This document shows, piece after piece, positions 26,085 through 39,859 of a stretch of DNA of 64,000 bases. The position numbers were made by a program, and so were the translations under genes. The notes beneath the pieces are model-generated. The model saw only the letters and a program-made list of their open reading frames with translations, did no database searches and had not been told where the DNA came from. The DNA lies in assembly GCA_013239625.1 (NCBI GenBank), contig MU054187.1, positions 13,424,974-13,488,973 of the forward strand. The letters are read 5' to 3'. How positions within the stretch are numbered: the stretch's first letter is position 1; every line of letters begins with the position of its first letter. This stretch comes from Lama guanicoe. Lineage: Eukaryota.

Positions 26085-26739
26085 TGATAAGCTGACTTCT
26101 CAATCTACCCAGGTGTGGCCCTTTTCTCAGGTTAAAATGGATTTTAGGCAAAATGATTTTTGTGCCTGCAGATGGGGGCTGTCTGTGTGTGCAGGCTCAT
26201 GTGTATTTGTAGTAGAAGAAAATCCTTCAGGCCAGTTTTGGTAGACTCTTATTTCTGATTTAATCCCCCCACCCCCATTTTTGCTGTTATATGAGCCTTT
26301 AGGAATTTCCATTGCCCTGAGTCAGTGTGTGAGGGCCACAGGACTGCCCCACTGCCCCCACTGCCTCGAAAGCACCTAGGGGGCTGGGCCATCTCACTTA
26401 CCGGGGTGTCCCCAGCACCTGTTACACTGTAGGTGCTTGTGTGTTCAACAAAACACACCCCTGACCCAGGTAGTTGTCCCAAACACCAGATATAATTGCT
26501 TCCGTGTATCTTATTCCAAAAAGGACAAAAACCCTTCAAGGGCAGTCATGGCCCTGGGACTTTGTGTGAGAACTTTAGGGAAATTTTATCTTCATTGGGT
26601 GTGTAAAATCCTTGTTTCCTCAGCCACCACCCATGATTGAGACAGCACGGATCTAAATGACCATCAGCATCTTACGTGATTCAGGCATCTCCTACGACTC
26701 AGTGGAGAGCTGCCATTAACGTCCTGAGACCTCGCCTTG

Positions 26740-26910
26740 AGGAGCAGCAGCTGGGAGCCGGTGCCCAGGCTCGCATCTCAGCCCTGCCTCTCTCTGGGTG
26801 ACCCTGATGACTTAGCCTCTCTTTAGATCAGTTGTTGGTGTGAAGATTAATTCAGTCAATCCGTGTGAAGTTCTTAGAGCAGTGCTGGCATGTACTACGT
26901 GTACATACTA
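26740..26910 (+). mobile_element. MIR SINE
   Basis: gttgttggtgtgaagattaattcagtcaatccgtgtgaagttcttagagcagtgctggcatgta. Confidence 0.7.
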
Positions 26911-27039
26911 ACTATCACATTATAATATTATGTTATATCATATTGTACTGTATTACTGAGTTCTCTGATAACCTCCTTCCTCCTGTTCACAGCCAGGGAA
27001 TGAGGTGAACTCTGAAGGGAATGTGAGAACACTTTCATC

Positions 27040-27390
27040 CTTTTCCTGTGCTTTGAGGCCCATGGTTTCCATGCCTCACACCTGTGCTCTATGCTTGAGG
27101 CCTTCCTTCAACAGATGCACATGAGCCATCGCACGTGTCTTTCCTCAGTCTACCTTGGCTTCACCTTTGCTTCTAGACAGAACTAAATTCTTCCCTGTCT
27201 CTTTTTCCAAATTACCCTGCAGTCTACTGAAGCATTTATCATTCCTTTAAACCTATTGATTAACGTACCTGTCTCCTTGTCAGCCTTGGCAACTTAAGGA
27301 CAGAGACTTTTTCTCTATTTTGCTCGTATATTCCCAGGGATAGGACAGAAGTGGTCTTAAATGTGTGTTAAGATTAATCATTGAATGTCT
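27040..27390 (+). mobile_element. L2 3' fragment
   Basis: cctcacacctgtgctctatgcttgagg...aaggacagagact...aaatgtgtgttaagattaa. Confidence 0.55.
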
Positions 27391-27749
27391 CACAGCCCCA
27401 AATGTCTTTAATCCTTGCTTGATCCAAGTCTACTGAAATTATCAAATGCTTTTGAAATACAAATAATCTTAGTGGACAGCTCTGGACAGCTATCATTCAA
27501 CAAAGATCTTATTCTAAATACTCAAAGCCGAAATACGCTTTTAGTTGGGGAATCAGGGGTCATACAGCTATTGGGTGGTCAGTTCAGAAGAACCCTGGAC
27601 AGGGCATTGCACCAGTGGGGAAAAAGCCCTAAGTAACTATGGTACACTATAACCTACGTAAAATGCTATCTGTATTTATAAATACAAAGTATTTATTAGC
27701 ATGTTTGAAAACTACTTTGTTTTTTGTTTGTTTGTTTGTTTTCTTGGGC

Positions 27750-28930
27750 TCCTCAGGTAGTGAATGTGGCCTGTGAACTGATTTTGAAGAATAAGTTGGA
27801 AATGGCCAGATGGGTGAAGGGGGAATGCCTGCTAGTGAAACAACTGACCAGAAAAGGAGGCTAAGGGGAGTGCTGAAAGGCTAGGGCAGGAGGGGGATCC
27901 TTCTCTAAAGCACAGGGTGTTTGTGGAAGTAGAAGAGAGCAGGCTGGAAGGGGGGTGGGAGCTGATCATGGAGAGTCTTACAAACCCCACTAAATTCCAA
28001 AGACCACGGGAAGTCTCATAAACATTTCTTCCCGGGGAGGGATGTTATCAGATGACTTAAAAATAATTCTAAAAGTGTCCCTGACGCTGGAAGAGTAATG
28101 ATGATAACTGTTGATGCTTCGGGAGTCCTTACTTTGTGCCAGGATCTACTCCAGGCACTTTATATGCATCTCTGCATTTCATTTTTACAGCAGCCCTAGA
28201 GATAAGTGCGAGCCTTTCTTCTTTTACCAAGTTGTGTAAACAGTAAGTAACAAAGCTGAAATTTGAACTCAGGTCAGGAGGTGGGAGAGGCTGTGTGTTT
28301 AACCACTGGGCTATACTGCGTCCTCAGAGACGTGGGGGATGAGGCCAGAGGTAATTAGCTGAGTTAAAAAGTGAAAGCGACCTTATAGGAAAGCAAATAA
28401 TAATCTAGGCCAGTAACAAGGCAAATACAGAGAAATTTTAAGAGGCGTTTAGGAGATACAAGTAATTAGGTTTGGGAAGGCACTGGAGAGCAGGTAAAGG
28501 GGAATGTTTTACATCACGTCAGGCCGGTGGAGGTGCTGATTGCAAAGACAAGGAACTGGAGAAGATACTGGGTTTGGGGCCGGGAGGAAGCTTTCAGCAT
28601 GGAGTGGGATTCAACATGTAAAGCGAGTGATACTGAGCAGTGTGACAACGTGCTGTGTTCAGAGTTTGGAACACACAGAGAAGAGGTGATCCTTTCTGCT
28701 TAAAGATGGCTGGGTAAGTCAGCTGGAGTTTGAAGGACATAGAGATTTTCTCCAGTTACAAGAGGGAAGGAAAGCCATTACAGGCATAGGGAACAGACTG
28801 CACGTTTGCGTGGCGCTCCAGGAGGTGTGCGAATCGGGCTGGGTGCAGGGTGAGCTGCGGGGAGTGGGAGGAGATGAGGCTGGAAGAGCCAGCAGGAGCC
28901 ACCCGGGGAAGGGCACCTGCATGTTTAGGA
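27750..28930 (-). mobile_element. L2 fragments with a MIR at ~28090-28320
   Basis: MIR motifs ttactttgtgccaggatctactccaggcactttatatgcat and aatttgaactcaggtc; flanking purine-rich antisense L2. Confidence 0.6.
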
Positions 28931-29198
28931 GCCCTGACTCTGCCAACTAGCAGATCTAGCCCCAGAAGTCCCCGGGTCAGCTGGTACCCGAGTGTGCTTG
29001 TGCCTTTGGAAGGTTACACCCAAGGTGGTGGATGACAGCGACTGCTGAGCCTTAAAGAATCACGAAGGAAACCATGGCCTGAGCAGACAGGCCAGCCAGC
29101 CCCAGAGGAACTCCTGTTCCACTGATGGTTCTGCTCTGCATTCTGGCCCCAGATGGGCATGTGTGGCGGCTGTCACCAGGAGAGCATTTTGCGTAGCG

Positions 29199-29216
29199 CC
29201 GTGCCCCCTGGCCGAG
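29199..29216 (-). promoter_or_regulatory. Candidate CTCF site
   Basis: Minus strand CGGCCAGGGGGCAC matches CCASYAGRKGGCRS at 12/14. Confidence 0.45.
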
Positions 29217-29349
29217 AAGACAAGCCCCTCAGAGAATGTGTGGACAGGTGGGCACTATTCACATCCCACCCCGCCCCACCCCAGGTCACTGTTTCTGTCA
29301 CAAGGTCTGACACACGTGGCTGCTACTGGGGACAAATCTAATTTATCCA

Positions 29350-29640
29350 ACTGCTCGTTGTCCCCTGCATCACCTTGTACATTCAGTGGCACATTTTCCT
29401 CCTTTCCTGCTTGTGCCTCAGACCCTCAAGTCTCAGTTAGGAACCTCTTTATTACGCTTTCTAGTTTTACAGCATTTGCACGTCAGTGTCTATCACACTT
29501 GATTTAATTATCTGTTGATTAGTTGTCTCCTCTCATGGACTGTGAGCTCCCTGTCCTGCTCCCAGCCCCTGATTTCTGGATCCGTTGTGCCTAAGACAGT
29601 GCCCAGCATCTGCAGGCACTCAGGAAAGTTTCTTATTGAG
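29350..29640 (+). mobile_element. L2 3' end
   Basis: ggactgtgagctccctg...cctaagacagtgcccagcatctgcaggcactcagg. Confidence 0.7.
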
Positions 29641-30479
29641 AGTAGTGATAGATAAGAAGAAGGGAAGCTAAAACTTCTATAACGTGTACATTTCTCTCCA
29701 TGTGATTCTTAACCAAACGTTTTTCCTTTTCCCCACCACGGTCAGAACCCCCTCACTGTAGACTTTGGAAATGCAATCCTTATGGGGCAGGGGGCTTGAT
29801 TACCTTCACAGAGGATCAAGACTCCACTCCTATTCCCGTATTTCAAATGATAATTTTTCTGGATTATGTGTGAAATGCGCTTATCTGTGGAGGAATCGAT
29901 CAGTTCTGACTGTTGGCGCAGCTCACATCTGCAGGAGGAAACGCGTTCATGAGTAAGACACGGCGAGGTCCGTAAGCTGTGAAATCCTTTTAGCCCAAGT
30001 GAGTGTTCTGGGTCCTTTGTTCATGGAGATTGTGTAAAACAAGGTGCACATGTTGTAACGGTCACTGCAGCCCCACTTAGAGAAGGAGGGTTTGAGTTGT
30101 GTCTAGAAAAATCATTCTTGCAGATGTGAGAAAAGAGAGAGCGAGGGTAGAACCGAGTGCAGCCACTTCACAAAGAAGAATGTAAACTGTTCTCTTGAAA
30201 TAGTGGAGCGCATCTCCCCTTCTTTAAATTTGCCTCAAATAGCAGTTGTACACAGTTTGCTTCCAGTCTCAGTGTTCTCAGCGAAAAAGAGATGACAGTA
30301 GGGTTTACTCCAGGGCATTCACGCAGGATCTGCTACCTGTTATGAGCAGAAAACTTCGCAGATTCTTTGCCCTGAGGTATGGACGGGGGAAGATAGTGTT
30401 GACAGTACTCTTAGCGGTTAATTTTTAGAAGATGCAAGCTTTGTTTTGAATATTTAAATCATCTTAAAAAGAGAGAAAC

Positions 30480-32060
30480 AGTGGGCTGTTGGCTAGCCAA
30501 AGGGGATGGCATCTAGGTTGACCTTGAAGGATGACAAACAGTCAGCAGACAAAGATTACAAGGGGCAGGTATTCTAAACACAGGGCATAACATGTGCAAA
30601 TGCAGAGCAAGGAGAGACCAGGGTGTCCCACTCAGAAAAGTCGTCCTGAAATTCTGAAATGCTGAAAGTAGTTCCGTAGGACTAGAGGATGGGGTAAGGG
30701 GGTGGGAAATGAACCTGGAGAGGGAGGCAGAAGCCAGATAGTGAAGGACCTTATATTAGTCCCTAAGGACTGTGCTGCTTATTTTGTAGTGAAGTAGGGG
30801 CCCGTGGAAGATTTTAAGCTAGGAAGTCACATTGTTAGCTTTTTTTTAAGAAAAAGATAACTTTAGAAGTGGACTGAGGCATTCATCTAATTGAAACAAG
30901 ACTTGAGAAGACCCAGGAATGAGTCCCACTTCCAGGTAGATGTAGCTGAGAAAATTCCTCACGTGTGGGTAAGAGACACAGGAAAAGAGATCATTACAGC
31001 CTTCTTTGCAGTAACAAAGAATCCAAAACAACCTAAATGCTCATTTTTAAGGGATTGAATGTATCAAATGACATAGAGTCACAGGAATAAATGTATTAAC
31101 ATAATTAAATGGTATGAATGTGATTTTACGTAGAAGTGTAGACTGACCTTAAAATCATAGTGTTGACCGTTTCTCCCAAAAACAAGACAAGGAAAAAACT
31201 GAGCGTGGTATCGTTTATGTAAATATAGGAAATACCTGCAGAGACAAATAACAGATGACATACGTGTTTAAGTAACAATTTTAAAAGGCACTGGATGGCT
31301 GCACACCTATCTCATAATGCTTGAGAAAGGGTCAGGGAAGGAAACAGGCCTGAATAAGGGTAGTGAATAAAAGAAGCTTTAGCTTTATCTGAAATTCCCT
31401 TTTTGTTTTAAAAGGGTGCTATAGGATTACTATTACTTATATACTTTTCCCAAGGGTGTAATTGGGGGAAAAATGTGTCTGATAGCAAATACCAAACAAT
31501 GTTAAAAGGTGTTAGTTCTGAGTTGTGGGCCAGTGTTAATTAGATTATACTTCATATTGTTCTATCCTTGAAAAAATAATTCTTTCCTTTTAAGTGAAAA
31601 AGTGTGTGTGTGTGTGTGTATGTGTGTGTGTCTTTGTAAGTGGGGTCCTGAGAAGTGTGTGTACCAACAAAGTCTGATGACTATAAAATCAAGGGATGTG
31701 AAAGTTCAAGAATTGTCAACAAGGTCAAGATGAGAACTGCAAAGAGTTGAATTAATTTGTGATTTAGCAGGCTATTGGTGACCTTGACATGGATTCAGCG
31801 CAGTGATGGGAAGTCCTAGGGCTGTTGATGGAGAGAATGAGTGGTAGATGAAGACAGCGAATTCCAGCTGTTTTCAGAAGTTTGACCACAAAAGGGAAGA
31901 AACACATGGACTAGTACACATGGACATGAGTTTAAGGGAGGTGGTGATTGTTTTTTGTGAGAAGAAAAACTTGCTATTGTTAATCTGAAACAGGAAAATA
32001 TAATAGGAGGGGGGAGGTTGACGATACATCTGAGACAGGAGAAAACTGATGGGCTGGGGT
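30480..32060. mobile_element. Antisense L2 split by a sense L1ME-like fragment (~30900-31580) and (TG)n (~31602-31631)
   Basis: L2 motifs gaagattttaagctaggaagtcac and gctattggtgaccttgac; L1 motif aaaacaacctaaatgctcat. Confidence 0.6.
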
Positions 32061-32858
32061 TAATGATTTAGTGAATGACTAAAAACTTCGCCGAGCTTCA
32101 AGGTGTTTGGAGTATCATTTTTGTCGCTAAGATCATCTAGTTTCTATATTCTTGGAAAGCGTCCATATGAAGAAAGCTCATGACAGTGTTACAGTTGAGT
32201 ATCAGCCCTGCTAGGAAGTGACTGTGCTTCCCACCCAAGCCAGACTGCCTGACAGTGGTTTCAGTTTCCAATTAAAGCACTAGTTTTTGGTGTTCTTGAA
32301 ACCAACCAGGGGCAGGGAGGGGGAACTTGTGAGAGCAGCAAAATTCTCAGGGGATGTTTAACACTAGCCTGGAATTTCTTAAAGAATTGGACCCAAAAAC
32401 TTGGGTGCAAAGAGGAAAAGTAAATTCATCAAATTTTCAGCTAGGAAGTTACGTTGTGAGGTTGTAACCCACAACTCTTTATTTATGTATGAAGAACTCA
32501 ACTTTCGATACGTTAATTAATTTCAGCCAAGACCCTTCCAGACAAATGGCACTGTTTTAGCAGATCTGTTGGTTTAGAGTAGCAGAAATTGAATCAAATG
32601 ATTTTTTTATTTGAAAGCTTTCATACTGTACTATTACAGAGAAAGTCTGGGTAGATCACATATTTGATTTTTTTCCCGATTATTTTGACATTTTTGATAC
32701 AAAATTATTTTATCATTTTTTCATAATTAATTAAAGTCAAAATGTTTGTTAATGAAAGGCTAATTAGTTGAGATGGAGGTGTATCTTGAATTTCTAATAA
32801 ATCACTTCTTGGGAGGGAAGGAACAAAGGTCGCAAAGCCAAGTACTGTTGTGCACAGA

Positions 32859-32891
32859 AGCACCATCTAGTGACCAGAGTGAGTAACTGCG
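32859..32891 (-). promoter_or_regulatory. Candidate CTCF site with upstream (ZF9-11) motif
   Basis: Minus strand GCAGTTAC-tcactc-TGGTCACTAGATGGTGCT. Confidence 0.55.
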
Positions 32892-33214
32892 TGCACATAA
32901 TCCGTAAGAATAAAAAGCAGAACCCATTGAAGCACCAGATACAGGGACTGGTTCCCACGTGCTCACTCTTCTAGCAGCCTCAGTGTTATTATCAAATGAA
33001 AATGAAGAATATTTGTCAGTAGTTAGTTTCAAGCAATACCTTCATCTCCTTTCAGTAAATTCTTAGGTTTTTGTGTACTTTCCCCTTTTCAGTATTGGCT
33101 GTGTTACGAATTGACCTGATAATCATATTAAGTTGTAAATGACTGATATTTGCCCTAAACTCCCCCACTCCCGAATGGATTCAAATTTTGAAAGACCACA
33201 TTCTGCTAACAATA

Positions 33215-33340
33215 GAGGAATCTTGGATGTTACCTACTGTGGTGATCATGTCACAGTATATACGTACATCAAATCATTATGCTGTACACTTGAAATTAAT
33301 AGAATGTTATATGTCAATTACATCTCAGTTTTTAAAAAGA
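33215..33340 (+). mobile_element. L1MA/MB-like extreme 3' end
   Basis: tgtggtgatcatgtcacagtatatacgtacatcaaatcattatgctgtacacttgaaa...tatgtcaattacatctca. Confidence 0.8.
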
Positions 33341-33859
33341 GGGATTTTTATGGGTTTTTAAGTCTGTAACTATTTTTGATAAAGATAAACTCCTCAACCA
33401 TTTAAAATAACTGGCCAACTGTTACTAGCATAAAATTTCCCCTGATTGCCTGGGACGGCCATTAGAAAACCACTTGGAAGCATCATCCAGGCATCAAAAT
33501 TGGTGGCCTTTGGTACTTTTCTGTTGCTTAGGAGAGCAACACATGTAAAGCAAAATGCTAGAAAATTAGGTTGATATTTATTGGCATTATGTGTTACAGT
33601 GTGTTTTTTCTTATTCAACATCAGGATTTTTTGTTGTTGCTTTATAGCCAAAATACAGCTTACTAAAAGCTAAATCCTGACTGATGCCTGAAGAAGACAC
33701 AGATTTCCTGAGAGTACATCCAGGAAGGTGGATGACAGTGTCTCTTTCAAACCCAAATTTTCATTCCCTATCTGCTCTACAACCTGCCTGTTCAGCATGT
33801 TCCCACATGCTTCTAGGACTCAGGAAGTGTCATTTTTATTATTTTTATTTTTATTTTAC

Positions 33860-34190
33860 CGTACTAATTAAGAAAATAGTATCCACAAACTAAATGTCCA
33901 ACAACAATGGAATGATTAAATAAAATACAGCCTACCTCTATGCTGTACTATATGGATAGTGAAAACAAAGTGTCTAAGAATATTTATCAATATAGAAAAA
34001 CACTTCTGATATACTTTGATGACATTTTTACCTTCATAACTGTAGTTTTAGTTTTGGCTCAAGTTTGAAAAAAAATTTTTTAATATCCCTGGAAAAAATA
34101 CTGGAATGATGACATCATTATCAATCGTAGTTACCTGTGGCTGCTGGAATAGGGGATACATTTTAATGTCCTGTTTACCCTCACAGGTCT
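33860..34190 (+). mobile_element. L1ME-like fragment
   Basis: caaactaaatgtccaacaacaatggaatgattaaataaaatacagc. Confidence 0.55.
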
Positions 34191-34209
34191 TTTTCAAAAT
34201 CTCAGCTGC

Positions 34210-34590
34210 TATTTTTGCCAGATTGTATGAATGTCCTTAATTATTCACCTGTCTCTATGTTCTTCTACTTCGCCAGGTGATTTTGTAGCTCTCCTAATAA
34301 AAAGGAGTATTTTCGCCACCTCACCTTATATTTGGGTTCACCCTGAGACTTGCTTTGGTCAAGGGGATGTTAGCAATCATGCCATGAGCAAAGGCCTGAA
34401 CAGTGGTTCTGTTTGCCCTCTTGCACCTCAGCCATCTTCTTGGGAAGACTGGCCTTTATCCCAGGAGGAGGATGAAATGCGCGTGGAGCCCCTCTGACCC
34501 CGCCTCCCCGCACGTCTTTATCTGCGGCTGCGACGTTCGTGGTGGATTGTTACACAGCATTATTGTCACGATAGCTGTCAAACTCACTGT
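34210..34590 (+). mobile_element. MLT1G/H-like MaLR LTR
   Basis: gagacttgctttggtcaaggggatgttagcaa...ttgttacacagcattattgtcacgatagctg. Confidence 0.7.
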
Positions 34591-36197
34591 TACTACAAGG
34601 AAAAAGCTGAATGTGTGATTCAGACAAGTAGAGTCCAGTGTAACTGTGGGGTAGGAAAGAGAGACCCAAGGATGGAACAGATGTCTCCTCACTGCAGAAC
34701 GCCTGGAGTAGTGCTCATTCTCAGGGCACTCTTCCCGCTCTTTTACATCCATGAGATCTCAAACTTTCAAATCTGTAGCCCAGATGTATAGAAACTGCAA
34801 GGACTCTGGGTCAACTCGACTCATTTATGAACTTTTACTGGGATTTTTTTTTCCTTTGCTTTTCCTTCTAGTCATTAGTGAGGAAATTGATCAATAATAT
34901 ATATTCCTTGTCAAAGAAGTCACTGTATTATTTTTCAATTTTCTTGCTCCAGTCCACACCCCCTTCTTTCACTCTCTCTGTTCATCCGTTCTTCCCTCCC
35001 TCAGTAGCCTTCTTCATTACAACAGTGAAACAACACAGGGCAGCAATTCTAGAGGGTTCTTTTTAAGGACGATGCCTCTGGAACAACTCAATTTAGTGCA
35101 GCACTGCTTCACTCTGTTTTTTCCTCGAAGGTGCTGCTCTTGCGTGCCATCCATCCTCTGGTTTATGGAGTCCCCAGTGCCTCAGCAGAGGATGTGTGAC
35201 TGCCTCAGTCAGCCAGGTGAGGGCAGCCAATCCAGTCACCGGCCACTTGCCTCATGCCAAAGTGGGTGGTGTTTTGGTCAAGGTGGAGGACTCAGAACTA
35301 AGCCCATTTACCCCTGTGGGTTCTGAGGACTGCTGCTCTCTGAGAGCTGGGGTGTTAGCACTGGCCCTGGGCCGTCGGCAGTGCTGAGGAACCAGCTGTG
35401 TGCCTCCATGCCCTGAGCTAGTCGGTAGTTAGACACCTGATTCACAGATGGAATGAGGGGCTGCTCAGGGCTACACAGAGAAGCTGAGACAAAGAACAGA
35501 AAAAGAGAGCATTCTCATCAGGGGTCTTCAAGCAGGTGGACACAATCCGGGCTCCTCTTACCTCCTCCCCACTTGGCCTCAAAGGAGCAGGTGTGGAGGA
35601 GAGGGAGGACTCCCATCCCAACTCTGCTCCCGGAGCCTCCCGCCTGTGCTAGTCTGGGAACAAGAAAAGCTTGAAATGAGTATGAGGTTCGAGTTTAAAA
35701 AACAAAACAAAACAGGAGTACACTTTAAGAATTAAAAGAAAACTTAAAATTGAAGTGATTCAAAAAGAGGGACTCAGGCTAGTATTACCAAGGAAAACTG
35801 GAGAGTTTGGCAGAGCACAGTTGAGAGCAGATACTAGAAAACTGAAGCCATTTACCGTGTAAACTCACAGCCTGCTAAGACTGCTTACGAAACCAGCTTC
35901 CTCAGCTCATAGACACGAGCTTTGGGGTGGGGAGGGAGGAGAGAAGGACGGGTAGGACTCTTTCTTTGCCTTCACTCCCCTCCCACGCCATCTCGTCCCC
36001 ACCCCTTTCTCCACACCCCAGAGGGGACTGTGCTGGTTCTGTGGACTGGTTACTTTCAGACAAGAGACAACCTCCAGTCAGTCATCCTTCAGTCTTGTAG
36101 GCAGAGGGGCCAGGTGGCTGGGTCAATTTAGGGAGAGACAGTGGAGGCTGCACACACACTGTGTTCCTCATAAGGTCTCGCTGTCTGAGTCCTCCTC

Positions 36198-36230
36198 TTG
36201 TGTGTGTGTGTCTGTGTGTGTCTGTGTGTG
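36198..36230. repeat. (TG)n/(TGTC) microsatellite
   Basis: Direct observation. Confidence 0.9.
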
Positions 36231-39200
36231 ATGGGGGGAGAGGAGCATGTTTGTCCAAATTCTCCTAAAATCTTTAAACCTAGAGTAGGAGGCACTAAGT
36301 TCCCTGGGTTCTCATCAGTGGGCTGTAGTCCTTAATTCCTGGAAGCAAGAAGCACTTCCTTCACACCTCACAGCAGCCTGTTGGAAGTACGTGCCTCGTA
36401 GGAATGTAGCTCGCCCACACTGCCTCTCATCTGCCCAACCAGCCACCTGGCTTGAGGTACTGGCTTGCACTTAGCTTTTATTCCTATTGCTAGAGCCAGT
36501 AATGAAAGTGGGAGTTGATAAAATACTCCTGGAGCGTCTGCTCTGCTCCAGGTGTGTTACCTGCTTTTTCTCATTGAGATCTTATTGCAGTACAAAGCTT
36601 TCTTAATCCATGTGACAGATGAGGAATCTCTGGCTTGGACCACCTCTTTCCCATCCAAGGTCAGAGTTCTGACATTTCCTTTATGACTTTGTGCCCCTCT
36701 GAGGCAAGTTAGGGGCCGTCACAGCCACACCCCATCCAGGAATCCAAGGGCCACCCCTGTTTTTACCTGCTGCACCAGCCAGAGAAGGGACAGGTGGGAA
36801 GTGACTTTACAAAACCAGTTACAATGGTTCACAGGTTCACAACAATGATGTACAGATGTTCTGCTGACAGCAGCATGCAGACTGTTTCTTCAAAGTAAGA
36901 TAAGATTGGTTCCCTACTGGGTGGGCAAGAGGAGTCCCTCTGGGATGGGCCCCTCCTTTTAGCTTTCACTCTGCATGGCCTCAGTCACCTTCTTGGTTGG
37001 TCCCCGCTTGTGGTGACACTTATGGAGGCCTTGGAACTGTGAGACCGGAGAGTAGGCATGAGCCATGTTTGTAGGTCAAATATTGGATGTGTGTATGCTT
37101 TAACCAACACCTTACACTCACTAGACCAAGGAGAGGGTCCTGGGGGTTTTATGTTGTGTGAAGTCAACCACTGTACATTCTATCAGAACTGCGTTAGAAG
37201 ATTTAATATTCCAGCATACCTAATGAAAATATTTTCATCACTCCAAGTTTCCTTTTATAATATGAGCAAGTAGTTGTGGCCGACGTTTGTTTAGCACACG
37301 GGGATTGTTTTGGCTAAAGTCTAGCACAGCACGTCTGTTTGGCAGAGTTACCTATAAACTGTCATGAATCACGTTCAGTTTGACTGCACGTCACACTGAA
37401 ACACTGGTAAGAGAAATAATATTAAGCAAACCTGGAGAAACTAAGTCAGAAAAGTATTCATGGACTTGTTCATTTGAAAAAAAAAAAGTATAACCACTGT
37501 TTAAAAAGAGCTACTTGTATTTACTTCAGGAGTTCTCAAGCCAGAGAAATTAATGTTCTGAGTGAGAGAGAATTGAGTTTAGCCTTTCAGGGAGAAAAAG
37601 CTCTCTGGGGCAGCGAATTCTCCTGAAATGTTGCTTGGCCTCCGATTTCACGTCAGCTCCTCTCCCATCCTGATTCGCAGCATTTAGAAAGGCCCCTTTC
37701 CTTGTTGTTCAAGCCACACGTCCTGAAGTCCTGCAGCTGTTCACCCCAGATTGCCAGCAAGATAACAGCTATAAAACTCAAACCGTAAGATGCAAATGTT
37801 TGTACATTTCTCCACTCTGGCCGAGCAAAAATATTCCACATCCTTCCCTGCTTCCTAAGAGCCACTCTGTGGGGCTTTATGATTGTTCACAGGGAGGGGA
37901 GAGGATCCCGTAGACCACTCGAGCTCCCCGACCCCGTGTCTCGGTTTCTCTCGGGCCCACTGTTTGCCCGGGGAGTGACTCGGTTTAGAAATGCCGTGTT
38001 TGTTTCAAAGGCCAGCAGTCACAGAAAGGGCCATCTTTGAAGCGAGAGGGTGCAGACAGACCACCCTTTTGCTCCTGCCAGTGAACAAAAGCACACCCTT
38101 TCTAGTTCTGATGGTTTGGACTAATACAGTGTGAAAAACTAAATATAGAATACTTTTGTTAAAAATCAGATTAGACTAATTCTATATGAAGTGCTTTAAT
38201 GAAAAATGTTTAATGGTTGAAATACTATAACTCTGGAGTTAAAATGCAGGTGCAAGAATGATATTCTACACTCCCTGGAGGCCAAACTAGTACATACTGT
38301 GAAATATCAATTAAAGTTTATAGTTGCCTGGGTTGGCTAAATGTCTTTTTCATGGGAAATTTTCATTCTCTTATGAAATAATCATTTGGGGTTAAAATAT
38401 GTGCTGAATTATGTGGGCATTCCAAGTTATTAAGAAATGGATTTATTTTACAAGCAAGCTGTAAGCATTCTTTGCTGTTTTTATGAGGTCATCGACATGA
38501 CTTTTAAATGGGGCTCCAGGCCAACTCTGATTCTCACATCAGTTCATTAATTCACACAGCTGTCTCTGAAAACTACAAGAATAATATATACTGCAGACAG
38601 AGAGCCAGAGAGGGGGTGGAGTGAGATTTCAAGGCTGTATTTCAGTCGGGAGAGCCTGCTGACATCATAAACTATGAGAAGACAGCTTAAGCTGTTTGGG
38701 GAACAGCAGTAGCCCCCCTGATGGAAATATGGCTGGTCTAATTGATTCTTTTTCATTTCAGAATCTACAGAGGGGGACACCCAGTCGTTTTTATTCTGAG
38801 CAAAGTCAGAACATGAAAGGCAGACACTGCAGGAATGCATTAGCAGGGAAACCCAAGCAGCGACCTGAGGTGTGGGGATGGATTTGATTGTGTTAATGGC
38901 GTCCGAGCAGCCCCGCTGACATATGAAGGGCATTGGTGGAATTTACTGCACAATGATTTTGTTTTATAGGCGATCATGAACTCACTGTCTCTAGGAAGAG
39001 TTTTTCCAAATGAGATGTGACAAGGATGATGTGATTGTCCTGTGAGTGAGGGGCTGGGAGGACCAGATCCTCTGGAGAAGATCCCTCACCCTCTCTCTAC
39101 TTCCTAATTTGTAGCAAACATTGAATGTGAACTATCCCACAATGAGACTTCTGGCAGCTTCTCCCACTTGGTTAGAAAGAGGTATTGCTCATAGCTGCAC

Positions 39201-39859
39201 TAAAGACTCAGCCTGCTCTGAGCCCACATTCAGAAGGATTTGGTACCAAACTGAATTGGGGGGCAACTTCTGCAAAACTAATGTTTACGAGAATGTCCGG
39301 GTTTTTCAAAGCCTTCTTCAGCATTCATATGATAGTTTTAACAAGGCGAGCTGCAGTTTTCTAGCCTTTAAATTCCAAATTCGTTTTGGTTGCCATGGGA
39401 AGGTGAGCTAAGTCTCTTTGAGAGTAATTTCAGTTTTACAAATAAATCCAGCCAAGTTTTTATGTCTTTGGGTGGGGGAAAGTTTTATGAAATGTGACAT
39501 TTTAAGTGTGCTCTTCAGTGACTCTCCATTAAAACATTGACACCTGTGTACATGTGGATGCTGGAGATTTCCTTGCCCTTATCTCATCTGTATACACAAA
39601 TGTCTTTTTGTACATGTGAATTGAAGCATCGCATGAAAAACAGATGTGTCCTTAAAGAGTATGAGACTGTTAATGCGTAAGAAAGAGTGAAAAAATTCAA
39701 AATTACTGAAGAGATCAGGGTTGAATCTCCTCTAGGTTTCCCCTGCATACATGCTTTTTCATTCTCCTTGTCTGCTTAATTACCCTGTGGATAAATGCTG
39801 TGGATTTTTCTCTTGGGATCTTGAAAATGTATGAAAGCCTCACATGTTGATCAGATGCT

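Noticed and set aside
35355..35388. Hairpin agcactg...cagtgct as a miRNA
   Set aside because: Stem too short for a pre-miRNA and no known mature sequence recognised
38706..38724. CTCF-like CCATCAGGGGGGCT
   Set aside because: An extra G displaces the conserved C; weak match
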